Shown: positions 1 to 13,486, numbered from the stretch's first letter. The stretch: 64,000 nucleotides of DNA from Camelus dromedarius (GCF_036321535.1 NC_087436.1:51276001-51340000); one strand, 5' to 3'. Program-made: numbers and translations. Notes: generated from the sequence alone by a model not told the origin.

Positions 1-339
1 CTTGGTAACTGGGATAGCCTTGTGCATAAAATGATAATGTGACATGCTTGATATTTTAACTATGTGCTGCATCTGATGGTTGATGATTCTAGTGAATCTG
101 ACATATTCTGTTGCTTTGTAAGTGCTATGGTATGGAGACTGATTTACTGTCCCTGGTTCTCTCCTCTGACTTAAAAATGATTGCTTCCTCCTCCAAAATC
201 CCAAAGAACTTTTTTTCTTGCTTACAGTCATCAAGGCCTACAATTTTTGTAGTTACTTAATTTGCAGGATAGAATATTTATTTCTAGATCAGTGTTTGAA
301 ATTAGAATTATTAGGTAAAATTCTCAGTTAAAACTCTTA

Positions 340-500
340 CAGTGTAACCTTGAGCAGGTCATCTAACCATTTTCTATGACACTTTCCTTGTATCTAAAAT
401 GGAGGTTAACATCAGTACTCACTTCACAGAGTTATGAGAATTGAAGATGTTAATAACATGTAAATATACTTAGGAAAGTGCTTTACATATGCACATCATT
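340..500 (+). mobile_element. MIR SINE fragment
   Basis: Degenerate MIR core: gtgtaaccttgagcaggtcatctaacc...tatctaaaatggagg...acttcacagagttatgagaattga. Confidence 0.8.
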
Positions 501-744
501 CATTCCATTAGGTTGAATTAGAATTGAAATGTGGTTTTATTACCTTTTCTCGAGTTACAGTGAAAACTAAAAATAATCACACATTTAACTAACTTGAACT
601 TCTATTAACTACATCACCAAATAACACAAACAGCATTATACTGAAAAACTAGAAATGAAAGGATATTGGAAAAGATTGAAAGGAAGATTCTTATAATGTC
701 AATTATATATATATGGTCATTGATTTTCAATTTTATTTTCATAT

Positions 745-1830
745 ATAACTTGAAAACCTACCTACAACAAACAACTGGAAATTATGGTTAAAATATAACA
801 AACTTCCTTTTGAATGCATAGCTGAACTTATAGAAAATTTAGTGACATCCACGTGGTCAAAACAAAGAATGAACTAATATAGAGGTAATACTGTGATGTT
901 AAAGCGACTAGAACACTTGGATTTAATGGCTGTATGAGGCAGGGCCTTAGAACCTGGACTTTAACAACACAGAGTAGGAACTGAGACCTCTCCAAAAGCT
1001 GCATCCCTAGTAAAAGTATGAACAAGAAAAAAAAAAATCTGCCTACAAAGATGGGAGATTATATATTTCTATTTAGTTCTTTTGTGGAAAGAAACTCTCT
1101 TAATAATTTGTAGTCATATTTTGGCCATGTGTGTGAGGTTTGAATGTACACTAACTGCATGGTACAGAAGTCACCAAGCTGAGAAGTGGAACATAAGAAA
1201 GAATGACTGGCAGAAGCAAATACAAACTCTTTTGGTTATGTTCACCCTAAACTTAGGCTGCACAAGATCGTCACAAATAGAACCCCTCACAATCCAAAAG
1301 ACACAGGGAAATCTACTTATGGTTAGTGTGATAGACACACAAACAGTAGAATTAGATACCTAAGGACTTATCAGTAGATATAAGAATTATTAATAGGCAC
1401 TATGAAATATGTTTGTTTATGATGAAATATGTATGTTTAAGGAGATATGAAAATGAATCAATATTGTAACAAAGGAAAGCATTATAAATAAAAAGTATGT
1501 TTAAAAGGAACAAAGTTGAACTTCCAGAAATGAAAAGAAAAAAAAAGCTATTAAACTACAATGGAGAGGGACATAGTTGAAAAGCGAATTAATAAATTGT
1601 AAAATAGATCTGAAGAAATTAGCCAGAGGAGAAATAAAGGGTTAAAGAGACAGAAAATCTGAAGCAGAGGTTGAACAATGTGGCCTATATTTCGAGAAGA
1701 CAAAACATATATTTAATGAGTTTGAGACAGAAAATTTAGAGAATGAGAGAGATTCAACAAATGTTGAGAGCCTTCTTTCTCTATTCAAAGATTATTATGA
1801 GTGCTTAGAATGTATCAGTGAACAAAGCAA
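745..1830 (+). mobile_element. Ancient L1M (L1ME-like) 5' end/ORF1 remnant
   Basis: A-rich, with L1 ORF1-like motifs gaacttccagaaatgaaaa, gaattaataaattgtaaaatagatctgaagaaatt, attcaagattattatgagtgc. Confidence 0.65.
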
Positions 1831-1834
1831 ATAA

Positions 1835-2180
1835 AGGTACTTACATTCATGTTGCTCATATTCTAGAACAGAGAACAGAAAATTAAAAACTATATACATA
1901 TATACATTACAAATACATAAAATATAGAGTGTGTTGAATAGCAAATATGTTATAGAAAAAGTAAATAATAAAGTAGGATAAGGGATATGGGAGGGCATGG
2001 GATATAAGGTTGAAATTTACAATAGTGTGGAAAGGGTAGGCTTTATTGAGAAAGTGACATTTGAGCCAAGATCTGAAGGAGGTGAGGAATTAGTCATTCA
2101 GATACTGGGGAGACTCTTCCGTGTAGGAAGTGCAAAAGCTCTAAGATAAGAGGATGCCTAGGGTGTTAAAGGACTTTGTT
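1835..2180 (-). mobile_element. L2 LINE 3' fragment
   Basis: aaagtgacatttgagccaagatctgaaggaggtgagga...gtgcaaaagctctaag is the typical antisense L2 3' region. Confidence 0.75.
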
Positions 2181-2389
2181 TGTTTATTGTTGTAGAAGAA
2201 CACTGAATATTGACTGGCATATGAAAGCTGATCAATAAATATTTGTTAAGTCAATGAATGTGGTACATACATCCTTGTTTATTGCTATTATACAGGCTAT
2301 CTTTTCCTTCACTTGATTGCCGTGTTTTCTTCCTAAGCTTTCCCTCAATAATCTGGATAGAGTTACCTTGAGGATTATTATGGTTTTGA

Positions 2390-3110
2390 TGCTGTATTAT
2401 CAATGTAATATATGTGGGCAAGGTACAGGTGTATGAGGATTTTGTGGTAGAAGCTTGTCGAAATTGTTTTTCTGATGGTTTCTAACTTTTTAATAAAAAG
2501 AGAAGCAAGGCCATTACGAGAGGGAAGAAAGTTTGAGGAGAGTAGAAAATATAAAATAGTCATCTAGGAGCCTAGAAGAGTGAGTTAGGAAGGGAAATAG
2601 GATTAGATTGCTAGAATGGTCTAAGGATGCATTTGTGGTTAGTAGGTAAGGATTTGAAGAGAGACTAGTCATCATAGTTGTGTTTTTGTCCAGCATTCCA
2701 GGTACGGGGCATGAGGGAGATTGGATTTGTCCAGTAGTAGTGTATTTTCAGGCATAAACAAGAGAATATGAGAGGGACAGAAGAGTTATGGCTAATGCAG
2801 TAGAGTGATTATAAGGGTGGACCGTGACATTGAAAGTGGGGATGAGGGGAAGTGAGAGTATAAAGAGATGATTTTCAGTTTCAAAGTTTCAGTTTAAAGG
2901 TGGCCAATAGAGTGAAGGTCAAAGTGGGCTCTGAGAATATTTGAAAAAGAAATAGTAGAAGGAGTGGCATGCTTCAGACTGACATTATGGAGGACTGAAG
3001 TTATTGGTAAGATCTACTGTACAACCACTAGGGTAGGAGGCTGAAGTGACATGGAGGGTGTCACAGCAAGAGGACAGATTTGGAGCGGGAAGCCCAGTGT
3101 GGACAGAATT
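2390..3110 (-). mobile_element. L2 LINE ORF2 remnant
   Basis: Purine-rich, with the ttctgatggtttctaactttttaataaaaagagaagcaagg motif also seen in the L2 at 11.4 kb. Confidence 0.6.
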
Positions 3111-3118
3111 GTCTACCT

Positions 3119-3297
3119 TAGCAATTCTCAACCCTGGGTGCACAGTAACATTACCTGGAGAGCTCTGAAAAATATGAAAGTCTAGGCTCCTTCTAGAGCA
3201 GTTAAATGAAAATTCCTGGGAGTGGGACCTATCTATTACTTCTTTTTAAAAAGTTCCTCATGAGATTTGGTTTGCAGCCGAAGTTGAGAACCACTAA
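3119..3297. mobile_element. MER5-family hAT-Charlie MITE
   Basis: Terminal inverted repeats gcaattctcaacc...gttgagaaccact; internal cattacctggagagct. Confidence 0.8.
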
Positions 3298-5379
3298 TAG
3301 ATGTGGATGGAAAATAATGATAAAGAGAAAATGAGCCAAGAGATAAAAACTTGCAAAAATGGCATATGGAATGGTGACTGGGATGTCTGTAAGTAAAACT
3401 GCTATGCATATGTAAAATAGTAGTTACATAGACGGGAAACATCTGTATTCAGTCTACAAGAATGCTTGAGGAGTTTGGATTCTCAGACCCCTTGGAAAAA
3501 ATCCCAGGTTTTGAAATGAAGAAAGAGCCCACTCCCTTAGTTCTGTCTTAGAGGATCCTTCTGGCACTTTGGTACTTTCATAACAACTGAAGTTGTATTT
3601 AATTACTTAATTATTTACAGTGGTAAATAGAATAAAACTAGCTTTTAATATCAAAGTTTTCTATAAAACACAGAATGAAGAAAAGAACAGTGAATATTGC
3701 ATTAAGTATATATTTCTAGTGCAGGATATAAACGTTCTGGAAGGCCCCTGCTTCCAAAACAAACCAGATTCCTTTACTTCAAAAAACAAGTCCAGTAGGT
3801 AATGCTCACCTTGACTACTCTGCTTTAATTATTCAGGAAGCCTTGCTGGTATTATGGTCTGCTGAGGCAAATTCTCCCCCAGATTTTATGTTAAAAGATG
3901 TCAAATCAGCCCTTACTAGCTTGAAATTTAAATTTTCTTTTACGCTTGCAATCTCTCTTTATTCAATTTTGCAATTCTCAGCAAAAGCTAATGTAGCTGC
4001 CAGAACTCTTCATAAATTATCATCATGGGTACTTTTCCCAGGCTTGGTTTTCCATTCTGTGTTGAAAGGTGGAGTATAAATCTATCTCTCCTCTCGTGAT
4101 GGCTGTGCATTGTACATACATTTTGAAGGATGTTGATGTAAATCACGCATCCTTATAAAAGGCCATGGAAGTAGAGGCTTGATATGTACAGGTGAAGCTG
4201 TGGTTAGTAGGCATTATTGCATTTGAGAGACTAGAGAAGGAGGCAACAGTCCTATTTTCCCCTCATTCTCTGGGGAAACTGGGCATTGGACATGGTGATT
4301 TGTTCTACTATTCCTCTAGGTACAACAGGAAGAGTCAGCTTTATGAGTAGATGGGAAGACAGAGCTCAACGCCAATAAATTAATGGCCCTGCAGTGTTTC
4401 TGTCACATTGCCTGTGGGCTACATTTGGAGGTCTAATAATTTTGAGGTTTGAATTTTATTATTCCTTAAAAGCTCGCAATTCAAACATCAGTAACACTAG
4501 GAAACTGAATCATAAAACTTTGGAGGGCTGAGTACTTCATTTAGCTGAGCACAGAGAGGCACAGAAGGAAGACCTACATCTAGCTATATGATGATGGTAG
4601 TTTGTGAAAAGTTCTGGAAGTCAGAATGGGTGGGCGAAGTGGGTGGAGAAGATGGGAGAAGCCTAGTTGGAGCACAGAAGAGGAGGGGTGTGAGCTCCGT
4701 AACTTCCATTAGAGGTTTGCCTTTTGCCAGACTTGCCCACAGACCCAGAGGGAGTACACTGAGAGTGGAGGACTAAGGAGACTGGTTTCATTTGTTAATT
4801 TTTTGCACTTGTTTGGATGTGTAGGGTGATATGAAACCATGAGTTCATACAATAAACAAATTCCTTCAAAGGAATGTTTGATCTGAGGAACTCCGTGAAT
4901 CATCAAGAAATGAAATTGTTTTTGTTTTAATAAAATATCAAATGCAGGTGAAATTACCAAAGGTGGAAATTTATAAGAATATGAAACTTTTTTCAAAATC
5001 AATCTTTAATGAAACAGAATCTAGATAATGAACAAGCATTTCAAGTTAGAAGCTATTTAACAAAGGGACGTCAGGAAAGTTGATAATAAAACTTCCCTGG
5101 CAGTCATCTTCTTGGAATTCTACTTTACATAATTAAACTATAGTGAGGAAAAAGAAAGAAAAATAAAGAAATTTAATATGGGATCCTTTGACCTCCATTC
5201 TAATTTAATTGATTCAAACCGGCAGAAATGCATCCTAGTGTCTCCATTATTGTAATGGACTTAATTATTTTTATGTTTATTCAAAATTCTGGAATTAGTT
5301 TATTCATTTCTTCAGACGAAAAATTTTATTATAAAAATATGAAGATAGTATTTAAAGATAAAAATAAGGGCCTGATTTT

Positions 5380-5550
5380 ACACATACACACGTGTGTGCA
5401 CAGACATGATATATATATGCTTCTGTAAACACATACCATGCTTATATGTCTATAATACACACTTCCATGTATACACACAAACACCTGTGTGCACACACAG
5501 GTGTGCACACACATACTATAAACGTATTTATGCACACATAATACATACTT
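5380..5550. repeat. Degenerate (CA/TA)n low-complexity tract
   Basis: Alternating purine-pyrimidine runs cacatacacacgtgtgtgcacag... Confidence 0.8.
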
Positions 5551-5591
5551 TGAAAAAGAGCCTTCCCCTTGTGAATTTCCCTTGGGGAGTG

Positions 5592-5997
5592 TGTTATAAG
5601 TTGAATTATGTTCCTCTCCCAAATTGATATGTTGGAATCTTAACCCCCAGAACCTCGGAATATGACTTTATTTGGAGGCAGGATTTTTAGAGGATAATAC
5701 TGTTAAAATGTGGTCATTAGAGTGGGCCCCATCCAAAATGACTGGTGTCCTTATAAAAAAAGAAATCAGACACACAGAGACGTACAGAGAGGGAAGATGA
5801 TGTGAAGAAAGATAGGGAGAAGTTGGCCATCTACAAACTGAGGAGCAAGGCCTGGAGGAGAGCCTTTCCTCACAGCCTTAGAAGGAACCAACACTACCAA
5901 CACCTGGATTTCGGACTTCCAGCCCCGAGAACTGAGACAATAAATCTCTGCTGTTTAAGCCATAACTTTGTTATGGCAGCTGTAAGTAACTGTTACC
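5592..5997 (+). mobile_element. MaLR solo LTR (MLT1A/B-like)
   Basis: tgttataagttgaattatg start; atgactggtgtccttataaaa; ggacttccagccccgagaactgagacaataaat; tttgttatggcagc end. Confidence 0.9.
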
Positions 5998-6049
5998 AGT
6001 AAGGGTGGCTTCTGTATTTGCCCCTACCTTACTACATGAAGTGATGTGT

Positions 6050-6170
6050 GGAGAGAGCGCTGAGCTGGAATAAGAAGACTTGGTTGTTGGTACTCGGTTT
6101 TGCTACTTTCCAATTATATGACTTTAGTAAGTCATCTAATCTTGCCAGACCAAGTGTTTCTTCATTTTTG
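6050..6170 (+). mobile_element. MIR fragment
   Basis: agagcgctgagctggaataagaagacttgg...atgactttagtaagtcatctaa. Confidence 0.65.
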
Positions 6171-6479
6171 TGATCCTTTGTTCTCAGGAATTTGTCTTAA
6201 GCCAAAAGAGCACCTTAATCAGCCCTAAACAAAATGCTTGTAGCTGACACCATTGGTCCCTACCAAGAGGGCAACCATGAGCCCCAGGGTGAGTGGGACA
6301 GCACTAGTCTGTATCTGTTGTCTTGGTGGAATTCCGATGTCACACCCTTTCATTCTCAATAGTGTTCCTGTTGGATGATAAATTATATGGTGTCCTTATC
6401 CTTTGCGCTTTTCCTGATGCCAGTTTTTCCCAGGTGTTCATCCGGTCCCCAGGTTCAGGGGTAGATTTTGAGTAGTTAA

Positions 6480-6876
6480 TGCCAGTTATGCTCCTGTCAT
6501 TCCTTGCTTCTGACTGGTTCAGGAACACCTGCTCAAGGTAATTAGAGAATGGTTTTCCTGAGTAGTTATTGGCCCAGGAGCAAGTACATGCCTTAATCTG
6601 GCCAAATCACATTAAAAGGCATGATTTATAGGCTATGACTGAGTGATAGTGTTTTTTTTCCCTCAGTGAGTGAGATAGTACATTGTGAGCCTTACACAAG
6701 CCAACTCAGGAATAAAACTTCACACAGAGGGATGGGAAGGAGCTGGAGCCTTAACATTACTATGCCTAAAATCTGCCCTCACTCTAGATTTCCTGGTACC
6801 TGAAATAATATTTTCTTATTGATTCAGCCCATTTACATCAGAGATTTTAATTTCCTGTAGCTAAATACATCCTAAG
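6480..6876 (+). mobile_element. Old MaLR LTR (MLT1J/K/L-like)
   Basis: 3' end ctagatttcctggtacctgaaataatattttctt...tttcctgtagctaaatacatcctaa. Confidence 0.55.
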
Positions 6877-6885
6877 AGAGAGAAT

Positions 6886-7350
6886 GTGTACTCATGTACT
6901 ATGGTTGCTGTGACAATACATGACACAACTTGATGCCGTAAAACAACAGAATCTTCTCTTGTAGTTCTGGAGGCCAGAAGTCTGAAACTAGTTTCATCAG
7001 GCTAAAGGTAAGGTGTAGACAAGACTAGTTCCTTCTGGAGGCTCTCGGGGAAAGTGTTTTCTTGCACTGTGTAGATTCTGGAAGCTTCCTGCATGGCTCC
7101 TGACCCTCCCCTTGCATCCCTCCAACCTCTTGCTTTTACCATCACATCTCCTACTTCTGAAGTCAAATCTCCCTCTGCCTCCCTGTTAGAAAGACAATTG
7201 TGATTATGTTTAGGGCTCAGTTGGATAATGCAGGATAATCTCCCCATTCAAGAGCCTCCATTTAATCACACTTGCCAAGTGCTGTTTGCCTTTTAAGGTT
7301 CTAGGGTTAGGGTTTGGCTACATTTGGGGGCCATTGTTCACCTTACTATA
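6886..7350 (-). mobile_element. MaLR solo LTR (MLT1D-like)
   Basis: ggttgctgtgacaa...aaacaacagaa...gttctggaggccagaagtctgaaa...ggataatctcccca...tttgggggccattgttca. Confidence 0.9.
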
Positions 7351-7699
7351 CAGTGCTTTTGACTTTAAGGTAGAATGACAGATTCTGTAGTAGTGAGATA
7401 GGTGACACAGGATGTTGACTAGGATTTTTTCTGGTCTTAGAATTTCAACTTAGCTCATAAATCTGAGAAAGGTAAGTACACTCACATGTTAAAGAGAGAT
7501 GCTAAAAATTACTAAAAAATAGCAGAACTTCTCTAGGGACTATTAATATAATTATTAACTTCTGTCTTATGTAAGAGAAGAATAGGAACTTTACAGAGTG
7601 ATTGGAGGGAGAGTAGTTAAAATAGGGATGTCATTGAATTAAGAGTACTGTGGCATTTTATCTCCCCTCCCAAGGAAGTAGGGGACGGGACTCTGGCCA

Positions 7700-8780
7700 A
7701 TTGATAAGTCTCCAGAAGAATAAGTCTTAGAGACTGGAGATGCCAGGAAGCAGGGGAGACTAGAATCTTATTTCCTGGCTGAACGTTTATGTAGCTGTAG
7801 AAACTTTTAAACTTTCCTAATGTTCCCACCAGACTGGAGTCTGGCAGGAAAATTCTTTAGAGACCTTGACGGGTCCACAAGAGCAGAGACGTACATAAGC
7901 AAAGAAAAAGGTATTTGCTTCCTGCCTGCTTCCAGCCTGGAGAATTCTTAAGCCATGAAACTGGCTGGAAAATTTTGCAATAACAAGTAGAGAAAAGAAA
8001 TAATAGAAAAGAAAGCCCTAACAGATATTATCCTACAATTTTGTGGGTTAAGAATGCACCCAGTCTCCCATGGTCCATGTGCATGCTATGGAAGGACTCC
8101 TGCTGTCTCAATGATCCCTTATCCAGGAGAGAAGTTTTCTGGGGAGACAGAGCCCCAGGGGAAGAGGCCAAGAGGTCCAACAAAGAGGGCAGGAACTGAG
8201 GGCAGTTGGTCAAGTCAACTGAACAAGTCAACTAGATATGAATGCATCACACACAGAATGAACATTTACAGGCTGGAGGTCCTTAAATGAGGTCCCCAAA
8301 GAGGTCACAAATGTGCCCCAGGAAGTCATCAACTGTGGCAAATTTACCTGTTATAGAAAACAGTCTTATTTTCATCATCTTCCCTATCCACTACCTTCAG
8401 CCTGGGAGAACCTGCAGTGAAAGTAATGTAGATGGAGGAAGGAAGAGGGGAAAATAGACAAAGATCACTTTGTGATTACAATTATCTCATGCAACCACCA
8501 ACTTGGAACTGTGGGGAGGGATGAAGCTGTGGAGATAAAAGTCAGATTGAAGTTCTAATTTAGACTGGATGGGATTTTTTTTTAGCACCTGAAAGTGAAT
8601 CACAGTTAACTTAAATGAGATTGTTTTTGAGGGTGAAAGAGATTGGAAAGGTATGGGATACGCCTAGGATATTATCTTGGAACAAGGAAGGGAGCTTGCA
8701 GCACAGAGTCCTGGTTGGCAGTGGCTGGAGAAAGAAGTAAAGACATTTACTCCTTTTGATAATCTGCCATGCAGATAAGA
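7700..8780 (+). mobile_element. Probable ancient Gypsy-type LTR (MamGypLTR-like)
   Basis: gattgaagttctaatttagactggatgggattttt...cacctgaaagtga...ggaaaggtatgggatacgcctaggatatt resembles the MamGypLTR 3' region; boundaries uncertain. Confidence 0.45.
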
Positions 8781-9053
8781 ATGTGGCAAGGGACAGAGAA
8801 GAATAACTGTGGCTACGGCAGTGATACAAACTAGAAGACCCACTGCTAAGTATACTTTAAAGTTAAGAGAATGTTCAACATTAGAAGAAATCTCTAGGTC
8901 TCCTAAAACACAAAGCAAAACAATAAACCGCACGAAATCGCGACCAAGATGACCAAATGCTATTTTTCATTGAACACTTGTATAGTTTGATTAGTTATTA
9001 ATTGACAATTTACAGCTCCATTTTACCAAAATGGGTCAGCATTTTAAAATTTT

Positions 9054-9056
<3 letters not shown>

Positions 9057-9088
<32 letters not shown>
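9057..9088. repeat. poly(T) tract
   Basis: About 32 consecutive T. Confidence 0.95.
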
Positions 9089-9090
<2 letters not shown>

Positions 9091-9789
9091 AATTAGTCAT
9101 TAAGTGTAGGATGGCATTTGTGATTTAGGTGAAAAAATCATATTCCACATTTTTTTTTTCTTACCCCAATACATGACTCAAATGAAGAGGCGGCATTCAT
9201 GGAAAGAAGAGCAAGAATACCAAAAGAACACTGTGCATGGTATTTTTCTGTTCATCTTACCTAATAGAAATGCTAAAATAAGTCTTTCATGTGACAGATT
9301 AGGTAACAGCAAGCTAGAAGGTCTTTTTTCCGCAGCTTGCTTTTACCATGCCATTTCCTTTCATTTCCTATAAATGTTTGGCCCACAGACCTCCCATTAG
9401 TTTTCAAGGGATTCAGGATCTAAATATACACTAGAATCTGAAAATGTGTCCTAGTAAGGAAAAGCTTCCTTTGCCTCATGCAATAATGCTTCAGGGGAAT
9501 CCTTCTGAAAGATTAGCCATTAATTCCCTGCCCTGTTCCTGTCAATGATCAGACCAGGAAATAGCATGGCTTTAAAAAGGAATCAACGACAAAGAGGACA
9601 TTTACTGAACTGCCAACTCTAGAAAATAATAGAAAATTGTTTTCTCCCAAAGTCTATGTGGAAAGAATCAAAGTGCAGGAGGAGGCTTTACTGAAGTGCC
9701 AAGGTCAAGCAGAATTGATCTTTTAAATGATGAAGATTCTGGGCCTGTTAAAGATATGAATGTGTACATTATTTCATTTAACTGATAAT

Positions 9790-9897
9790 TTTTGGAACTC
9801 AACCATTGCTGGGCACTGTTTCAGATGATGGGAATATGAACAAGAAGTACAACACACTCTGTATGCACATAGCTTACTTTTCAGAGTGCAGAGCTAG

Positions 9898-9944
<47 letters not shown>

Positions 9945-12240
9945 CATCTTATGTCCATGTGTTGTATACATATAAGTACACAGACACAGACACACATGCA
10001 GACATAGTGATATGTTCTATGGAGTGCATATGACCAAGGAAGTGGAGAGAAGGAAAAAGAAAGTGATTTAAACAGGGTAGTTCCAGAATTCCTCAGCAAT
10101 TAGGTAACTGAGCAAATATCTGAGGGAAGTGAAGGCACTAGATGTCGCGATACATGGTGGCAGAGGGGTCTAGGCAGAGGGAGGAGCAACTGCGTATTTT
10201 GCTTGGTAGATACTAAAGAAGCCAGAATGGCTTATAGGTAGGGACAGAGAAGTTGCAGGGATGTAGATTACATAGGACTTCATGGGACTCAGAGTAGAAT
10301 GAAAGCCATTGGATGGTTTCGAGTAGTTGCACGACATGAACTTGACTACAGTTTTCGGGGTTGAGAACAGACTGCCTCTAGGGTGAAAGAAGACCAGTTA
10401 AGATGCTATGGCAGTCATGCAGATAAAAGGTGGTGGCTCAGAGCAGGCTGGTGGTGGTTGAGGTAAAGAGAAGTGGAAGTATGTTGAAGATAGATCAAGG
10501 AAGCTTTCTAATGCATTGGACAGGGGATCAGAAAAAGACAGGATTTAACGATGATTCCAGGGTGTTTGTTCTTTACTGAAACGGGGCAAGAAGTGGGAGG
10601 GGCAGGCTGAAAGGAAGTTCTGCTTCAGACTTCTATGAGACATTAGATATTTATGTCAATCAGTCTAATAGGCAGTTAACATATGGATATGGAGTTTTGG
10701 AGAGAGATCTTGGCTATTAATGTAAATTAATGTAAATATATATATATAAAATCTAGGAAGTGAGCATGGATAAAGATTGAACCATAAGAGGTTCCAAAGT
10801 TTAGATTTGGGGACTGTGCATGAGCCAGAAAAGGTAAGAAGTGGCTATTGAAGCTGGTGGAAAATCATGAGTGTATGTTATTCCAGAAACCAAAGGGTGG
10901 ATGTTTTCCAAGGAAGCATGGTCAAGGAGTTAACCAGTGATCTGGTCAAACAAGAATTCATTGGTGTCTTTAATAAGAGGTGTTCTGAGTGGAGTGGTGA
11001 TACAGAGTTAAAGCCTTATTATAGTATAGTGGTTTCAAGACAGAATGGGGAAACAATGGCAATGGCAGGTATAGGAAATTTTTAAAAAGTTTTTGTAGTA
11101 ATATAGGAACAGTTACATGGGGAATAACTGGAAGGCGATGTGAGTCAAAGAGATATTTTCCCATGGCTTTTAGATGGTAGAAATTATAGCAGTTTTTCTT
11201 TGTACACTGGTGGGAGTGTCACAGTGGAAAGTGGAAGATTGATGGTGGAAGATTGATGTTGGAAGAGAGACGGAGGAACTGCCTAATTGATGAAGCTGTG
11301 TAGGCGAGAGGCAATGGATTCGAGTGCACAAGAGGAACTGCCTTTAGACAGGAGCAGGGGCAATCGGTCTGAAGTAATGGGTGGGAAGGCAGACAATGTG
11401 GGTGCAGATGCTGTTCCTGGAATAACTGTGTTGTGGGCACCTCTGGAGATCCTTTCCTGATTAATTTTCTCAGTGAAATAGGAAGCGCATTCTTCAGCTG
11501 AGAGTGAGGATGAGGGAGGTGGGAGTGGAGGTTCGGGAGAGAGGTGAAGGTGGGAACCGGTCTTCTAGGAGGCCACAAGAGTGAGTGGGCTGGAGAAACA
11601 TAGGAAGGTAACTGGTCCACACCAAGGGCTGACAACCTCATTGGTGTCGCTAACCTGTGCCACGGAAGACCTGTTTTCTATTAAATGATTTCTATTAGAT
11701 AATTTAAAGTGAAGAAAGTCTGCACTGTTTCATTGTTTTATATATCTCCCCAACAGGCATTAAGTACATGGGGACAGGCACGGTAAGGGTGGAAATATGG
11801 CTGTTGCCAGGTTTTGGGCTTTCCCAGATAAGTATGATAAAGTGAGGAAGACTGAGAAAGAATTACGTGTGAGCAAGGGAAGGCTCTCATGTGGGTTGTG
11901 GCAAGTAGGGAAAGGAGACATGAAGGAGACAGGCAGGATGAAATGTGTCTGATACGTAACTTTTAGATCTTGGTGAAGCCAGGCCAGGAAGTGTTGGAGA
12001 TAGGTGTGATGGTCTGAGAGTGTGATGCTTAGTACCATGACAAGGTCTAGACTCTAAGACATGACAGTGGGAAAGAAGGGCCAGGCTAGGAAAATGTGGT
12101 CTTTGGAGAGGAGGAGGATGGTGCAACCAAAAGTCAAGGCAAGGTGTTGATAGGTTCATACGCACCAATACTGGAATCTCCAAAAATTATGACCGAGTTG
12201 TGCTGGGGAGAAAATCAGTGAGCCAAAGCTAAAAACTACT
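9790..12240 (-). mobile_element. Long decayed L2 LINE (3' end plus ORF2)
   Basis: ctgggcactgtttcagatgatggg 3' end; gaaagccattggatggtttcgag; tctggagatcctttcctgattaattttctcagtgaaatagga. ORF 11219-11641 reads like frameshifted L2 ORF2. Confidence 0.85.
9902..9938. repeat. (TA)n microsatellite
   Basis: Perfect (TA)~18 inside the L2. Confidence 0.95.
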
Positions 12241-12289
12241 CAGTGATAGTAATAGAATGATTCATTTAAAAAAAACAGTGATATGAATA

Positions 12290-12640
12290 TATATCCAAGA
12301 ATATACATCAATGAAGTCTTTTCTGGAAGAGCAAAAAAATCAGAACCAATTTAAATGTCCTTCAGTAAGTGAAGGAGTAAATAAATTATAGCATATCCAC
12401 ACAATAGAATGTTATGTAGCTTTTAAAAATAAGGTGAATAAATATATACTGACCAGGAATTATGTTTACAATACATCAAGTGAAGAGATTGTCACATCTT
12501 ATACAATTAAGTGAAGAGGTAATATTCACATATTAATATGAATAGTAAAATTTATTTTAAAAGGTGTGATATACACAGAAATATGCATGTGGTACATAAG
12601 TGGGGAAAGAAATATCCAACAGAAATTTCCAGGAGTTGGG
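12290..12640 (+). mobile_element. L1ME-like 3' fragment
   Basis: aaatgtccttcagtaagtgaaggagtaaataaattatagcatatccacacaatagaatgttat. Confidence 0.75.
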
Positions 12641-12714
12641 GCTGGCAAGTCTGTTCCGTAAGGAAAAACTTTCATTTCTTTTCCTAGCCATATAATTTTC
12701 TTTAAACTTTTTGT

Positions 12715-12896
12715 TGTACAAATTTCCAGTTATAAAATAAGTTGTAGAGATGTAATGTACATCACAGGGAACATAGTCAATAATATTATGATAACTTTGT
12801 ATGTTGCATAATCCATAAAAATGATGAATCATTACATCATACACCTGAAATTAATATAATATTGAAAGAACTACAATTCAATAAAAAACAAAAAAG
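12715..12896 (+). mobile_element. L1 3' end (L1MA9/laurasiatherian type) with A tail
   Basis: gtacaaatttccagttataaaataag...gggaacatagtcaataatatt...acacctgaaattaatataat...caataaaaaacaaaaaa. Confidence 0.85.
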
Positions 12897-13240
12897 CTTT
12901 TTCTGGTAAAATATAGCATAGATAAATAAAAGTGAGCAAACCTTAAAGTAAATATGGATCAAGCCTCAAACCAACATTCGTGAGACCACCAGTAGGAACA
13001 AGAAATACAGAACCACCAAACTCCAGAAGCCCCTGGGCTCCCTTCTCCTTACTCTCCTCTCTGTTCCAAAGTTAAAACCAATCATGACTTTTCTGGTCAC
13101 CGCATCCTTGCTTTTGTTTATAGCTTATCACCTCAGCCTGCATTTTTTACTCTGTAGCATTGTCCTGCTTGATCGGGAACTTCATATAAATAGAATAATC
13201 CAATATGAATTCTGTCGTGCTGACTTCTTTTGTTCAACAG

Positions 13241-13346
13241 TATGTATATAAAATCCACCCATATTGCAGGGTGAGCAGTTTTTTTTACTTACTTATGTAT
13301 ATAAAATCCATCCATATTGCAGGGTGAGCAGATTTTTTTACTTACT
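13241..13346. repeat. 53-bp tandem duplication (2 copies, 2 mismatches)
   Basis: tatgtatataaaatcca(c/t)ccatattgcagggtgagcag(t/a)tttttttacttact at 13241-13293 and 13294-13346. Confidence 0.95.
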
Positions 13347-13486
13347 TTTTTTTCTTTTTTGGTGAGAACATTTAAGTCACACTGTCAGCAAATTTCAAAT
13401 TTCAGTTATACCATACAGGGTTATCACCTATAGTCACCGTGTTATACCTTAGATTCTCAGACCTTATTCATTTGATAACTGAAAAG
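13347..13486 (-). mobile_element. L1MA-type 3' terminal fragment
   Basis: T-tail then ggtgagaacatttaag...agcaaatttcaa...tatagtcaccgtgttatacctta...taactgaaa. Confidence 0.85.

Noticed and set aside
1844..1861. 18-nt minus-strand micro-exon with good splice signals
   Set aside because: Sits at an L1/L2 junction in TE-derived sequence with no supporting context.
5329..5627. Cys/Val/His-rich ORFs on both strands
   Set aside because: Translation artefacts of the (CA/TG)n low-complexity tract.
11219..12183. ORFs of 140, 92 and 98 aa on the minus strand
   Set aside because: They lie within a decayed L2 and are Pro/Leu/Ser-rich frameshifted ORF2 remnants.
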